From NCBI GenBank assembly GCA_002633005.1, contig NMRA01000979.1, positions 16,835 through 80,834 of the forward strand: DNA of 64,000 nucleotides, written 5' to 3'. This DNA is from Phoronis australis. Taxonomy: Eukaryota; Animalia; Phoronida. Position 1 is the stretch's first letter. Each line of letters starts with the position of its first letter. The position numbers and the translations under genes are program-made. A model generated the notes under the pieces. It worked only from the letters and a program-made list of their open reading frames with translations. It did not search any database and was not told where the DNA came from. This document shows, one piece after another, positions 40,401-48,896 of this stretch.

Positions 40401-43400
40401 GGAGTGTGAACATTTTTGGGACACACTATCCTTTCCCCAGCCACCAGAAACTGAACTACCGGTCGTGTTTCAACTAGGGATTTTGAAACAGTCGCTAAGG
40501 TACTATACCAGGGACTTCGGGGCCTCACCTTTAAAAAAACTCTTTCAAAGAATTACCATAATGAAATAAAGTTTTCCCGAAACTGGATCACAACAAAACG
40601 AATCTTGACCTTAGAACGAGCGCAGACGGCCGGCACGAGCTAAGCTGCCCGTCTCAAGTGAATCATAGTTGAGCTGACCAGCAACTAGCTTTAGTTCATC
40701 GGGAATTTCGTATTTTCACACTGTTAGATCTCAGCTATAGCTACTTGAGGCAGCTCCTCGCTACAGGTCAGTGTACTTACNAGGGGTGGGGGGTGGTAGC
40801 AGAGGTGGTGGCGATGGGGGAGTTATTTAGCGACGTCGAAATGGTTTGTGTTCCCCAATAATTTTTGCCTTCCTAAGGGCCTGACTTATTTGCATCATCT
40901 TGGCAATACTTCCTTGGCATGTGCTCCGGCTTGTTGTTATACGACGCCATACAGTGTATGCCAAGTACGGTACCCAAGCCGGTTAAGCGACAACACTATA
41001 TGAGAAAGTGTTGAAAAGCTAGTGAAGTTTTATTTCATAATGAACTGATCAGAATTTTATGTTTGTGAAACATACAAGTTAAAGAACTGAACCATTCAAA
41101 AATGTCAAAAGTTTGTCGGAAACTTAGAAACAATCAATCCAGGAATATAGAATCTGAAAAATTCCTTGAACGGGGTTGTGCAGCAGTGTGTCCTTTTCGA
41201 TAAATTTCTTTAGTTTTCTTGGTATATTTTCGTGTGTTAGCTTCTGGACTGTAAATAGTAATAAACGCATTTCCCCGTGTTGATCACAGCATTAGAACAT
41301 AACGGCGGAAACTCTGATGATTTGCAGAACTTGAGGTAATGACTGTACCGCAAAAAGCAGATGGTAAACTACGTACTTTGAACGCTGTGTCGAGCAGACG
41401 ATTGGTTCCATAAAAACACATACTCGTTATTTAGTCTTAATTTGTCGTAAATACCTTAACCCCTGTGTAGTTATACTACCTGCATACATGAAGAAACGTT
41501 TTCCAGTGGCGGATCTACGTCGTTTTCAGTAAGGGGGGTTTAGGATTCCCGCNGGGAGGTCGGGTAAAACCCCTCCCGTGTAAGACAACTTTTTGTTTTT
41601 ACAGCCAAACAGTGAAATTTCCATGCATCCTGGTACGTTTCTGGCACTTAACATGTCCCTGGAATTTTCTTAAGATAATCAAAAACCCTTCTCGATTTCT
41701 TCACATGAACTTGGCTCATAAGTTTCGCGAAACCATATTTGTGCACATCTGGGTATGAGTCACACCACCAGCAAAAAATTTTGTTGGAACTTCGGCTTAC
41801 ACGCACCTTTTAGTGTACGAAAAAGTGTGGTGTGTATACAGGGGTTTAGACAACTAAAAATATTCAAGAGCATAAGGAGCACCGACGGAGCGTAAAAAAC
41901 TTGAAAATCAGATGATTGCAACAACCTCAAGCTGTTTAAGAACGAAGACCTGTACTGTTAGTCCGGAAATAAACATGTTTTATGTCTCGTTACGAGAAAA
42001 ACTGGCGAACGACGGTGATCTCAGCTCATAATCTATTATTAAAAGCGACAACAAACTATTAAGTATCACTTTATTAAGCTGAGTCACGTTGGCAACAATT
42101 GAAAAACGTCAAATGTATAAAGAAACAAATCATCTGAAAACAGTTTCACGAAACCAAAACATCGTGTGCACATTGGTGAAAAGATATACTGGACTAGTTT
42201 GCAGAGGGACCAGATGTACACTGAGAGTACACAAAAAGGCTGACCTGGTCCGTCACGAGACCTTAAGCGTACTTTGCAAACAATTTTGAATTGAAAACTT
42301 CTCTCTAGACACTTTTTAATCCCCAGTGGTTGCTCATACGTGTAGTTTACACATCTGGTGGTCAACTGCGAGAGGTTGTCTAGGAATGGTTTTTGCACCG
42401 TTCTGTAGTACCCAGTACCCCTGGAAGAAACAAGTATTGAGTACAGATTTAGCTACGCACTAAGTGAAATAGATTTTGGATATGAAGCAGATAGACTCAG
42501 GTGGAAATACAAACCAGAATCAGTTTCTGTGCGCTCGTAGACCCTCTGCTGTACTGGGTAAATTTGGCATGTCCAAAATAATTTCTATTTCGTTTTCATT
42601 GTACACAAGCATAAAAAACCGACATTATTACAAACTGTGTAAAATTATAACTTATTACCTGGGCGTTTCTCCTGGAACGTTGGTCCTATCTTTCTGTTGT
42701 TCAGACTGCCGAGGAATCTGTATATCGGATCCAATGGTTTGCTCGTCTTGGAACCATTCTACCCAGACATCTTTGATGTTTATTCCCAACACTTGCACTT
42801 CGTCAACTGCTCTGTCAATGAGCTTGTACGCCTCTACAATGCCAGCATCTTGTTTCGCAGCTCAGTTGGCACTAAGCCCACCGAGGTTACCAAGTCCATT
42901 CAAAAGACTTACATCATGCGCAACTAAATTGGATCCGTTTATCACCGACTACTTCAAACCTTGACGACGTATCACAGGACTCATTTGTATCTCTTGTAAT
43001 TTTCAAAATAAAGGTCCCAATGTCTGAACACTTGAAACCTGAAGTACTAACGTCAAATAAATGCCCATAGACATGGGCGTTCCGTCGGGTGAACCTTTCT
43101 GCGGAAATTCCCAGTATAAAAAATGGCAGTGTTGCTTACTGCAGGTAGAAAGACGGTAGGTGTTGAGGTCGGCGCTTCGGGCGCCTTAGGAGGCCTATTG
43201 AACATCGCACGAGTCCCGCAAGACTTTGTTGTGAAAATACAGCCTGCAAGCAAATTTTTGGTACTGTACATTGTTCGTAAATGCGGTCACTCTGTCAATG
43301 TGAGTGCCCCCTTTTTCATTCCTTGTATAGACATGAATTGTTAGAGGGCATCTTCAAACAGACTCGCGACCAGACCACGGAGCCCGCCACAATAGCAATT

Positions 43401-46400
43401 CTTCGGAAACAAGGTTTATTTTCAACAGTATTACATGTGCATGTACACTGTATGGTATTGCGCAAGACAACTTTACTATACACCAGTCAAATTCGAGTTA
43501 CAAACGTGTGGGGTGTAAAACGATGACACGGCACGGCAGATGAGGTAAAAACGTTGCACGTCAACTCGCCTGATTATCAGGGTTGCGGCACCACAGTATT
43601 TCCCGTAATCAAATCAAAAAATATCTTAGAGTAAAGAAACTAGTTACCTAAAGAAATCAGCTATAGAGCTGCTCTTTCAGCGGTGGATCCATCTAAAATG
43701 CTTGGCTAGTTTACTTAAGAAGTGTCGACGGAAGCGTGCGCACAATTGATCTCCGGGGTTTTGCCGATGAGCCCCGAAGACTCGAAATGCGTTGATTTTC
43801 ATCACAGCAATTCACATTGCAAAAAACGTATTTTCAGAGTGAACCCTACCTTATTTTTTCCAAGTTGATTTACTTGGCGTTTACACACGCTGGCTGTGCC
43901 GTTTTTGTTTTGTTGGAGACGTTTTTTTAATTTTTGTTTCCTGGCCCGAGGGTGGGGTTAAACCCCCTGAACCCCTCCCCCCGTAGATCTGCCACTGTTT
44001 TCGTCAGATTTGAGTTAAATTTTTGACTGGTTTTGCTGCCCGGGACGCTACGTAGCTTGACCTATTTATGATGACCCAGACTGAAACTTCAGTGAGGCCC
44101 AACATTTGCCGCCTGATCACCGTGCGTCGGAATTCTCATCGGTACATGTATTTACAGCAGTAAAACTGCTGTGCGTGAACCTGGACTCCTGCTTAATCTC
44201 AATATTTAGCGGAAGCGAGTGTTGCGTGAACTTGGAATTGAAAATTCTTTAAGGCAAAAGGGTACAATTTTTGTTCGGTGAAAAGATTTCTTCTAATTAT
44301 TGGCCTCGCGATCAACCATTTTCTCCTTTACCGTAAGTTGTGTCGCTGAACCGGAGGGATATGTGAATGGCTAAATCGATTGTTATTTGGTGAAACTGAT
44401 CGCCCGTAGTTAAAGAGATTGATAAAATTGATACTATTTTATTCAAATGTAACTTGATTTAGTGCAGCGCAAATTTTGATGAACATGAACGTGATTATTT
44501 CAGTGACCTTGTCAAGTTGCCTCGAGTATTCCAAGCTCACGCAAAACTCATTTCCGCTTATTCTTTAGATTAAGCAGGATTCCAAGTTCACGTACAACAA
44601 AACTGCTTTTTCAGGAAGGACACCTTAGACTGAAGGTTTGGGTTACCCAAAACGAACGATCACAATCTCATTTGACATGCATTTACTTGACAAGGAGACT
44701 GCTCACCAACCGTATACAACATCCGTATTTTCAGATATATGGGTAAAAGTAAGATATTTATGGTCGCATTACGAGCGCTGTAGGCACACACACACGGACA
44801 CACACGAACGCACACGCACGTTCACAAACACACGTTACGCTGTGCACAGGACGCAGATAAAAACGACATTGAGAACCGTACTAGTGGCACGCACAGCGGA
44901 ATAAGACGGACCACTATACTGGTAGGACGCACAATGTACGTAGTCAGGTGGAATGCTATTCCTGTAGAAAGCACACGGAACACTACATGTATGTTTGTCG
45001 GACGCAAAACCTGAGCACCGTACTCACACTACACCCAACGTATATCCATTCCATCAAGACGCACGCGTAATCAAGCCAGATCTCTAAAAGAAGTGTAACT
45101 TATCCACACGTGACGCCTATAGGCTGTAGTTGCAGGAGGCACAGTGTACTTACATGGAGCGGCACATTTGCAAGACGCATGACGTAATCATACAACGCCT
45201 CATTATTGTGACCATATGAAGTGCTATAGTACATGTATGGGGCACAACGGAATCTCAAAAATCGGCATTCGTAGGACGCGGAGCACCGTGCTTTAAGTTT
45301 GAGTCTCTCATCTGTTCTATGATAAGACGTCTTGTCTGCCTTCCAGCGAGGTAACATTGACGTCATACAGACAATGTGTATATAAATACAAAATGAACAG
45401 ATTGTTGTTTAGGCAGATTTTTTTAATTGGCTATAGCAATGTTTGCGAAGGACACATGCATGGAATAGAGGATGTTTCTTTAACCCAGGAATGCTTTGTA
45501 AAAACGGCAATGAACTAAATGTATACATTTCTTCGAAACTAATGCATTCTAAAGTCATATTTGTAAGGAGTTGTCTTTTTACAGATTTCGCATTCAATGG
45601 GTCAAATCCAAAGTAAAGTCAGTTTATCGATAACAACTTACGTTCGTATAGTAATACGCGCCAAACACAGACGTGGCTCTTGGACACTCACGCTTGGGGC
45701 AGACGTAGTCCGTGCTGAAATCGTCAGAACAAAACAAAACGTATAAATTACAACACGATTACAGTGAAAAGCAGACTGTAGAGAAGCAGTCATACTTTGA
45801 TTTCAACAGTGTCGAAATTACAGTTTGCTCGGAATTTGTTTTGAGCGTCTTCATTTTGTTCAAGGACTACAGTCGGCCGAAACAAAAAACATGCACCCCG
45901 ACCTAAAATCAAGTTTGTCTTACTTGCACGAAGTCTGGGCCGCTTTTCCCCCATAATGTTTATGAATTGTGAATGAAATAAACCGCGTCTACGTTGTAAA
46001 GCTACGTGTATTATTAAATTAGCAATTCCAACATGTAGTAGTATATCAGAAAAAACCAAGATGCACATTTAACTACTTTTCGTTAGATATTTCAAAAATA
46101 ATTACGTTTTAACCAAATGGAATTGTTGAGTTCAATGCAACTGCTCGCACGACTACATCTTGTGAACAACACAGACCCAATTTCGTACACCAAGTTTCTA
46201 GTGATAAAAGGGAGACCTCGCAAGACCACGTAAAATTACACGAGTGAAAGCTGAGTGAGTAGGCCTATGCTCGAGATTTAATTAAATCCAATCTGGCAAA
46301 CTAAAGGCCATTGAATTGTTCGGTTGGTGCGTAGATGATAGAATTAATAAAGTATGGGATGGAATTCGCCTTTCCGGGCAATAACCTGAAATTTCTCACC

Positions 46401-48351
46401 GAAGCTGCTGGTCTGTCTCTGGACTACAGCACGCAGGCCTGGTGCCCAATTGTAGATAACAATACGCCCAAAAATTGAATCACACAAGTCTTCACAAAAT
46501 ACCCCCATGCATTATATGTGGAGTACGTGATCACACTAGCTATACTGGCGAGATCCCTGCGTCTCAGAAACTCAATCTTGCAGGACCATAATTAAGCTCC
46601 AATTCGAGTCGCACGGCTACATATGCTTACAATAAGTGTTCATTTGAATATTTGCTGACTTTTGTTGACGGTAGTTCTTGATGTGACAAGTCCAATACTG
46701 CATGTTGTATTTTCACTGCGCCGAGAAAAATTTGATGGCCACAAACCTGCTGCATGCACTGTTTCGTGAAGTAAAAAAACCGAGAGTCATCGCTGCACAG
46801 GTGTAATATTCTGGAAGAACGAGAGTTTTCACCGGAATTTGCACCGGAACAGTGATGGTCAAGATCAATTTTAGATTTGCGATGGGCACACTGTGTTCAA
46901 ATCTCATCATACAAGTGTTCCTACGAAGCAGAGGCCAATTAACTTACTTATCTTTTTTATTTCTAAACTGCGTCTCACATGTTAAGTCCCCATCTGACGT
47001 GGCTGGGATCTTTAGTACACCATCTACTATAGGAAAACAAAACATAACAAGCTACGAATACAATGTTGCACGACACGTCAAACATTCTTGAATGCAAAAC
47101 ATGTTTGACCAGTAATGATGGGTTGGCAGCTGGAGATGTGAAGAGAAATCTTTCATATTTCGCATTTCTTCCATCAATAACAATTTAATCCCATTTCTGC
47201 TACTAATTTAAAGATGCAATGCTTGCAGTGTGCCTGAGATATTCTTCTTCGCCCCTTCGCCTCGAATCAATTGCATTACTAAGTGGACGGTTCATTTTTG
47301 TGGTGATGATAAAAATGGTCATTACTTTGAAAAGAGGGAAAGCAATTACAGTAGCCTTAGTATAACATGGAAACCCGCGAATTCACCTAAAAATCGAATA
47401 AATCTAATGATATGTACTTTACTAAGAGCAAATTGAATTACCCACAGTTGCCGATTCTACACTTATCTTCTGAAAAAATACACCACACGAAGCACAGCAA
47501 TTCGTTGAAGTTTGTTATTTCCTCACGACGTTATAACATAGATATATTGAGTTACTGTTGAAATACACACGATAACGGCACATTGCGTGACGTAAGGACG
47601 TTCGGACGTACGGACAAACGCAAAGTGGGCACAAGTATCCTGCGAGGTTTAATCTTCACCAACTTAGGGCCCACGTTATAATCTCTGCTCCCGGAACTCG
47701 ACAAGAGAACTAACCAAATATGTGACATGTCTCGAATATAACGACGGACAGTGCATGAATACCACAGGCCCAGAAGTCTACTTTCGTGTGAAATAAAATA
47801 AACATTTTTAGTAATCGTTGTGTTTGAAATACCAATGCCAATCCAAACGTCAGTTTGAATGTTTGAATTTTACACATATGATATGATACTGGGAATTCTT
47901 TGAGATATTCAAGCACTGGATTTCCATGAAAAGCTCATGTGAATCACTTAACGTGAAGAAATTGTCCTCAAGTTGTTCTTCATCGGTCAAACTGGGGTGA
48001 GTTAAGGGCCTCGAGGGAAGTAGGAGTTCGTTATTGCGAGAGACAAGAGTCTAGAGATTACCTCGTCACGGCCTATAATTTTATGAGACGAACACGAACA
48101 CAAACTGTTGAATGACAAACGTTCTATGGTAACTATTTCTCTTCTGAGACTGAAACTTGTTGAGACCTTCGTATGTCTGATTAAATTTGTGGGGGGGGGG
48201 GGCGAGAGCGTGCAACAATATATTGCACAACATTTCGCAGAAAACAAAACTTACGTTGATACATGTACAGAGATTCCATGGACATAATGTATACATGTAT
48301 TTACTTACCGAGAAGACAGAGTAAAACCAGTGATGTCTCAAGACGAACCAT
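1335..48351 (-). CDS. Gene A (spliced, 36 exons in window, 3' end beyond window start): receptor-type protein tyrosine phosphatase with LCCL / FTP+kringle / Tie-like Ig-EGF / FN3 ectodomain
   Basis: All 36 exons have AG/GT borders and chain in compatible phases to 7458 nt; signal peptide, TM helix and PTP motifs (KNRF, DFINAS, DFWRMVW, KCEEYWP) are present. Confidence 0.9.
1647..1744 (-). CDS. Gene A exon 35, PTP D1 ([18 protein letters not shown])
   Basis: PTP motifs 5-6. Confidence 0.94.
1953..2066 (-). CDS. Gene A exon 34, PTP D1 (DKNRVVL...[11 protein letters not shown]...FIAAMG)
   Basis: PTP motifs 2-4. Confidence 0.93.
2548..2635 (-). CDS. Gene A exon 33, PTP D1 ([12 protein letters not shown])
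   Basis: KNRY-type motif; 88 nt, same size as the gene B exon. Confidence 0.92.
2888..3093 (-). CDS. Gene A exon 32, juxtamembrane to start of PTP D1
   Basis: [24 protein letters not shown]...LDEEY; phase 1->0. Confidence 0.88.
3310..3461 (+). mobile_element. tRNA-derived (SINE-head-like) sequence enclosed by inverted repeats
   Basis: A box TGGCTCAATGG (3344), B box GGTTCAAGTCC (3389); no convincing cloverleaf. Confidence 0.5.
4465..4550 (-). CDS. Gene A exon 31, juxtamembrane
   Basis: [12 protein letters not shown]...; cctgtag/GTAAGT; phase 2->1. Confidence 0.82.
4948..5000. repeat. (ATT/CAT)n trinucleotide microsatellite
   Basis: Direct inspection. Confidence 0.8.
5059..5164 (-). CDS. 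Gene A exon 30, transmembrane helix
   Basis: [24 protein letters not shown] followed by RRRR across the splice junction. Confidence 0.88.
5421..5548. mobile_element. Foldback MITE-like element with CGTAAAATGTAACA repeats
   Basis: About 25-bp inverted ends CTGATACGACGTAAAATGTAACA / TGTTACATTTTACGGCGTATCAG; three direct copies of the motif. Confidence 0.65.
5607..5640 (-). CDS. Gene A exon 29, 34-nt linker ([11 protein letters not shown])
   Basis: cctacag/GTAGTG; supplies the required phase 0->1 bridge. Confidence 0.55.
6465..6729 (-). CDS. Gene A exon 28, RPTP membrane-proximal domain
   Basis: FYLVVVE...KSRRS...YITANF...[17 protein letters not shown]..., the RPTP stalk motif. Confidence 0.9.
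7175..7283 (-). CDS. Gene A exon 27, start of membrane-proximal domain
   Basis: [26 protein letters not shown]; tttgtag/GTGAGC; phase 1->2. Confidence 0.78.
8136..8292 (-). CDS. Gene A exon 26, FN3 second part
   Basis: [21 protein letters not shown]; phase 0->1. Confidence 0.88.
9256..9365 (-). CDS. Gene A exon 25, FN3 first part
   Basis: PGEPGSL...[17 protein letters not shown]; phase 1->0. Confidence 0.88.
9755..9821 (-). CDS. Gene A exon 24, FN3 end ([22 protein letters not shown])
   Basis: ttgcag/GTAAGA; phase 0->1. Confidence 0.85.
10113..10363 (-). CDS. Gene A exon 23, FN3 first part
   Basis: APTNLSV...LSWNAP...GYLVSY...[10 protein letters not shown]; phase 1->0. Confidence 0.9.
11637..11939 (-). 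CDS. Gene A exon 22, FN3
   Basis: PPRN...FTW...QNGNVSNY...[13 protein letters not shown]. Confidence 0.92.
12822..13424 (-). CDS. Gene A exon 21, FN3 pair (603 nt, repeat 4)
   Basis: Closely similar to exons 19 and 20; phase 1-1. Confidence 0.92.
14046..14648 (-). CDS. Gene A exon 20, FN3 pair (603 nt, repeat 3)
   Basis: Closely similar to exons 19 and 21; phase 1-1. Confidence 0.92.
15270..15872 (-). CDS. Gene A exon 19, FN3 pair (603 nt, repeat 2)
   Basis: [24 protein letters not shown]..; phase 1-1. Confidence 0.92.
16383..16985 (-). CDS. Gene A exon 18, FN3 pair (603 nt, repeat 1, most diverged)
   Basis: Two FN3 patterns; phase 1-1. Confidence 0.9.
17413..17718 (-). CDS. Gene A exon 17, FN3
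   Basis: PGPVQNL...WKEP...GYEL...[13 protein letters not shown]. Confidence 0.9.
18057..18276 (-). CDS. Gene A exon 16, FN3 second part
   Basis: GYYVIEY...WRVRIRAFN; phase 0->1. Confidence 0.82.
19038..19102 (-). CDS. Gene A exon 15, FN3 first part
   Basis: [22 protein letters not shown]; tttcag/GTAAGA; phase 1->0. Confidence 0.75.
19482..19790 (-). CDS. Gene A exon 14, FN3
   Basis: LYIRW...YVVEYK...YKVRI; 309-nt phase 1-1 exon. Confidence 0.85.
20104..20247 (-). CDS. Gene A exon 13, EGF 3
   Basis: [39 protein letters not shown]; phase 1-1. Confidence 0.9.
21092..21241 (-). CDS. Gene A exon 12, Tie-like EGF 2
   Basis: [15 protein letters not shown]...[26 protein letters not shown]; DPYGCSC is Tie-typical. 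Confidence 0.9.
22906..23037 (-). CDS. Gene A exon 11, Tie-like EGF 1
   Basis: [41 protein letters not shown]. Confidence 0.92.
   Translation of the reverse strand, partial: FAVEVDLVATAQTTVRNVRTEVFVTTSRASVYAPRDFAEISVR
23144..23674. mobile_element. MITE with Kolobok-like termini
   Basis: TIR AGGAGAATGTCA / TGGCATTCTCCT flanked by TTGA / TTAA. Confidence 0.6.
23909..24154 (-). CDS. Gene A exon 10, Tie-like Ig2 domain
   Basis: [11 protein letters not shown]...QWQKD...GGVYTI...TRLIVR, resembling Tie Ig2 that ends RLIVR; phase 1-1. Confidence 0.8.
24654..24899 (-). CDS. Gene A exon 9, C-terminal half of F-type lectin (FTP) domain
   Basis: LKDFEVRVS...LC...[13 protein letters not shown]...LSLCEVEVW motifs; phase 1-1. 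Confidence 0.88.
25640..28840 (+). repeat. Degenerate tandem array of ~140-150-bp subunits, possibly a Helentron-associated/DINE-like element, interrupted near 26900-27750
   Basis: Recurrent GCCACTAGG(A/T)GGC and CCAAATTTCA..AAAATCC motifs; terminal hairpin GCACCCAC..GTAGGTGC near 28808-28833. Confidence 0.65.
27414..27566. mobile_element. Short hAT-like MITE
   Basis: TIR CAGTGTTCGAA / TTCGAACACTG; degenerate 8-bp TSD TTGTTGGT / GTGTAGGT. Confidence 0.6.
29428..29634 (-). CDS. Gene A exon 8, kringle domain
   Basis: DCK...GKDYMG...KCKMW...NFCRNPD...PWCY...WKHC...LC, six Cys; phase 1-1. Confidence 0.9.
30428..30667 (-). CDS. Gene A exon 7, N-terminal half of F-type lectin (FTP/F5-8C-like) domain
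   Basis: ADQSST...AGKAIDG...SCSHT...NPWW...IHIT motifs; phase 1-1. Confidence 0.85.
31464..31727 (-). CDS. Gene A exon 6, Cys-free beta-rich module, possibly a diverged Tie Ig1-like domain
   Basis: Open 264-nt phase 1-1 exon with ttttcag/GTAATA; domain identity is uncertain. Confidence 0.65.
33079..33526 (-). mobile_element. THAP-domain transposon fragment, copy 1 (frameshifted; abuts gap)
   Basis: [18 protein letters not shown] / FYEFP...[10 protein letters not shown] is the THAP N-terminal pattern; near-identical inverted copy at 54927. Confidence 0.75.
33698..33747 (-). CDS. Gene A exon 5, 50-nt linker ([16 protein letters not shown])
   Basis: ttgtttacag acceptor, GTAAGT donor; supplies the required phase 2->1 bridge. 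Confidence 0.55.
35844..35998 (-). CDS. Gene A exon 4, LCCL core ([14 protein letters not shown]...SYIASFRYG)
   Basis: Matches the LCCL signature YxxDSxxCxAAxHxG when joined to exon 3; phase 0->2. Confidence 0.8.
36564..39750. mobile_element. Non-autonomous DNA transposon, P-element-like termini
   Basis: TIR CATAGACATC / GATGTCTATG, subterminal inverted GACGCCATATTGGAGAGTG, 8-bp TSD GGGTACAC / GGGTACTC. Confidence 0.75.
38303..38783. mobile_element. hAT-like MITE nested in the P-like element (spans a small gap)
   Basis: Ends CAGTGGCGGATTTA / TAATCCACCCCTG; GAACC on both flanks. Confidence 0.7.
41504..43997 (-). mobile_element. Decayed hAT-superfamily DNA transposon with transposase remnant
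   Basis: TIR CAGTGGCGGATCTACG / CGTAGATCTGCCACTG; TTTTC on both flanks; minus-strand fragments [21 protein letters not shown] and [19 protein letters not shown] resemble hAT (ZMYM1/PRKRIR-type) transposase, with stops. Confidence 0.85.
45642..45714 (-). CDS. Gene A exon 3, LCCL ([24 protein letters not shown])
   Basis: CPxxxC...VFG...YT LCCL pattern; tttcag/GTAAGT; phase 2->0. Confidence 0.8.
46948..47026 (-). CDS. Gene A exon 2, start of LCCL ([26 protein letters not shown])
   Basis: ttttcctatag acceptor, GTAAGT donor, phase 1->2. Confidence 0.75.
48309..48351 (-). CDS. Gene A exon 1, signal peptide [14 protein letters not shown]
   Basis: caaaATGG start context, hydrophobic stretch, GTAAGT donor, phase 1. 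Confidence 0.8.
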
Positions 48352-48787
48352 TTTGAGAGAGACAGAAATTCTGTTGACCTCACGTTCCAACAGTCATTTC
48401 CTAATTAGATCCACTCAGACATTGGAGCACAAATGACTTCCCTTTTCCTGAGAGAAGAATTTTGAATATCGTGTCTCGACTTCCTTGTTTATAGTTGTTT
48501 TATTATATTAAAATATCCTGTTTGGGAGAGCGTTTTGTTGCCTAAGATTCTTGCACGAAAATCAAAAACTCGCAAAATCACTTGAAGTCAACCAAATGCA
48601 AATCTGATGTCAAAAACGGGTTTCTTCACAATAGATGAGGGCCTCTGGTTTTATCGGTGTACTTGAAAATCAACTCCAAATATTTTTTTTTACATTTTAC
48701 TATGCAATTCTGTGCAAAATCACGAAAAATATTTCTTATTGCGTGCTTTTGTATGTTTTGGTTTTATAGTTGATAATTATCAAGTTA

Positions 48788-48896
48788 GCACTTGATGACT
48801 TTGATCTCGAGTAAAAACTTGAGATTTTGAGTAAAAACTCGGAATGTCGAGTTTAGACTCGAGCTCTAAGCGTTAAATGCTGGGGTCATCAAGCGC
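48788..48896. repeat. Small foldback element upstream of gene A start
   Basis: GCACTTGATGAC / GTCATCAAGCGC ends; internal CTCGAGTAAAAACT / AGTTTAGACTCGAG arms. Confidence 0.5.

Noticed and set aside
48430-48490. GGAAGT ETS-like sites upstream of the gene A start codon
   Set aside because: Short motifs expected by chance and the transcription start is unknown
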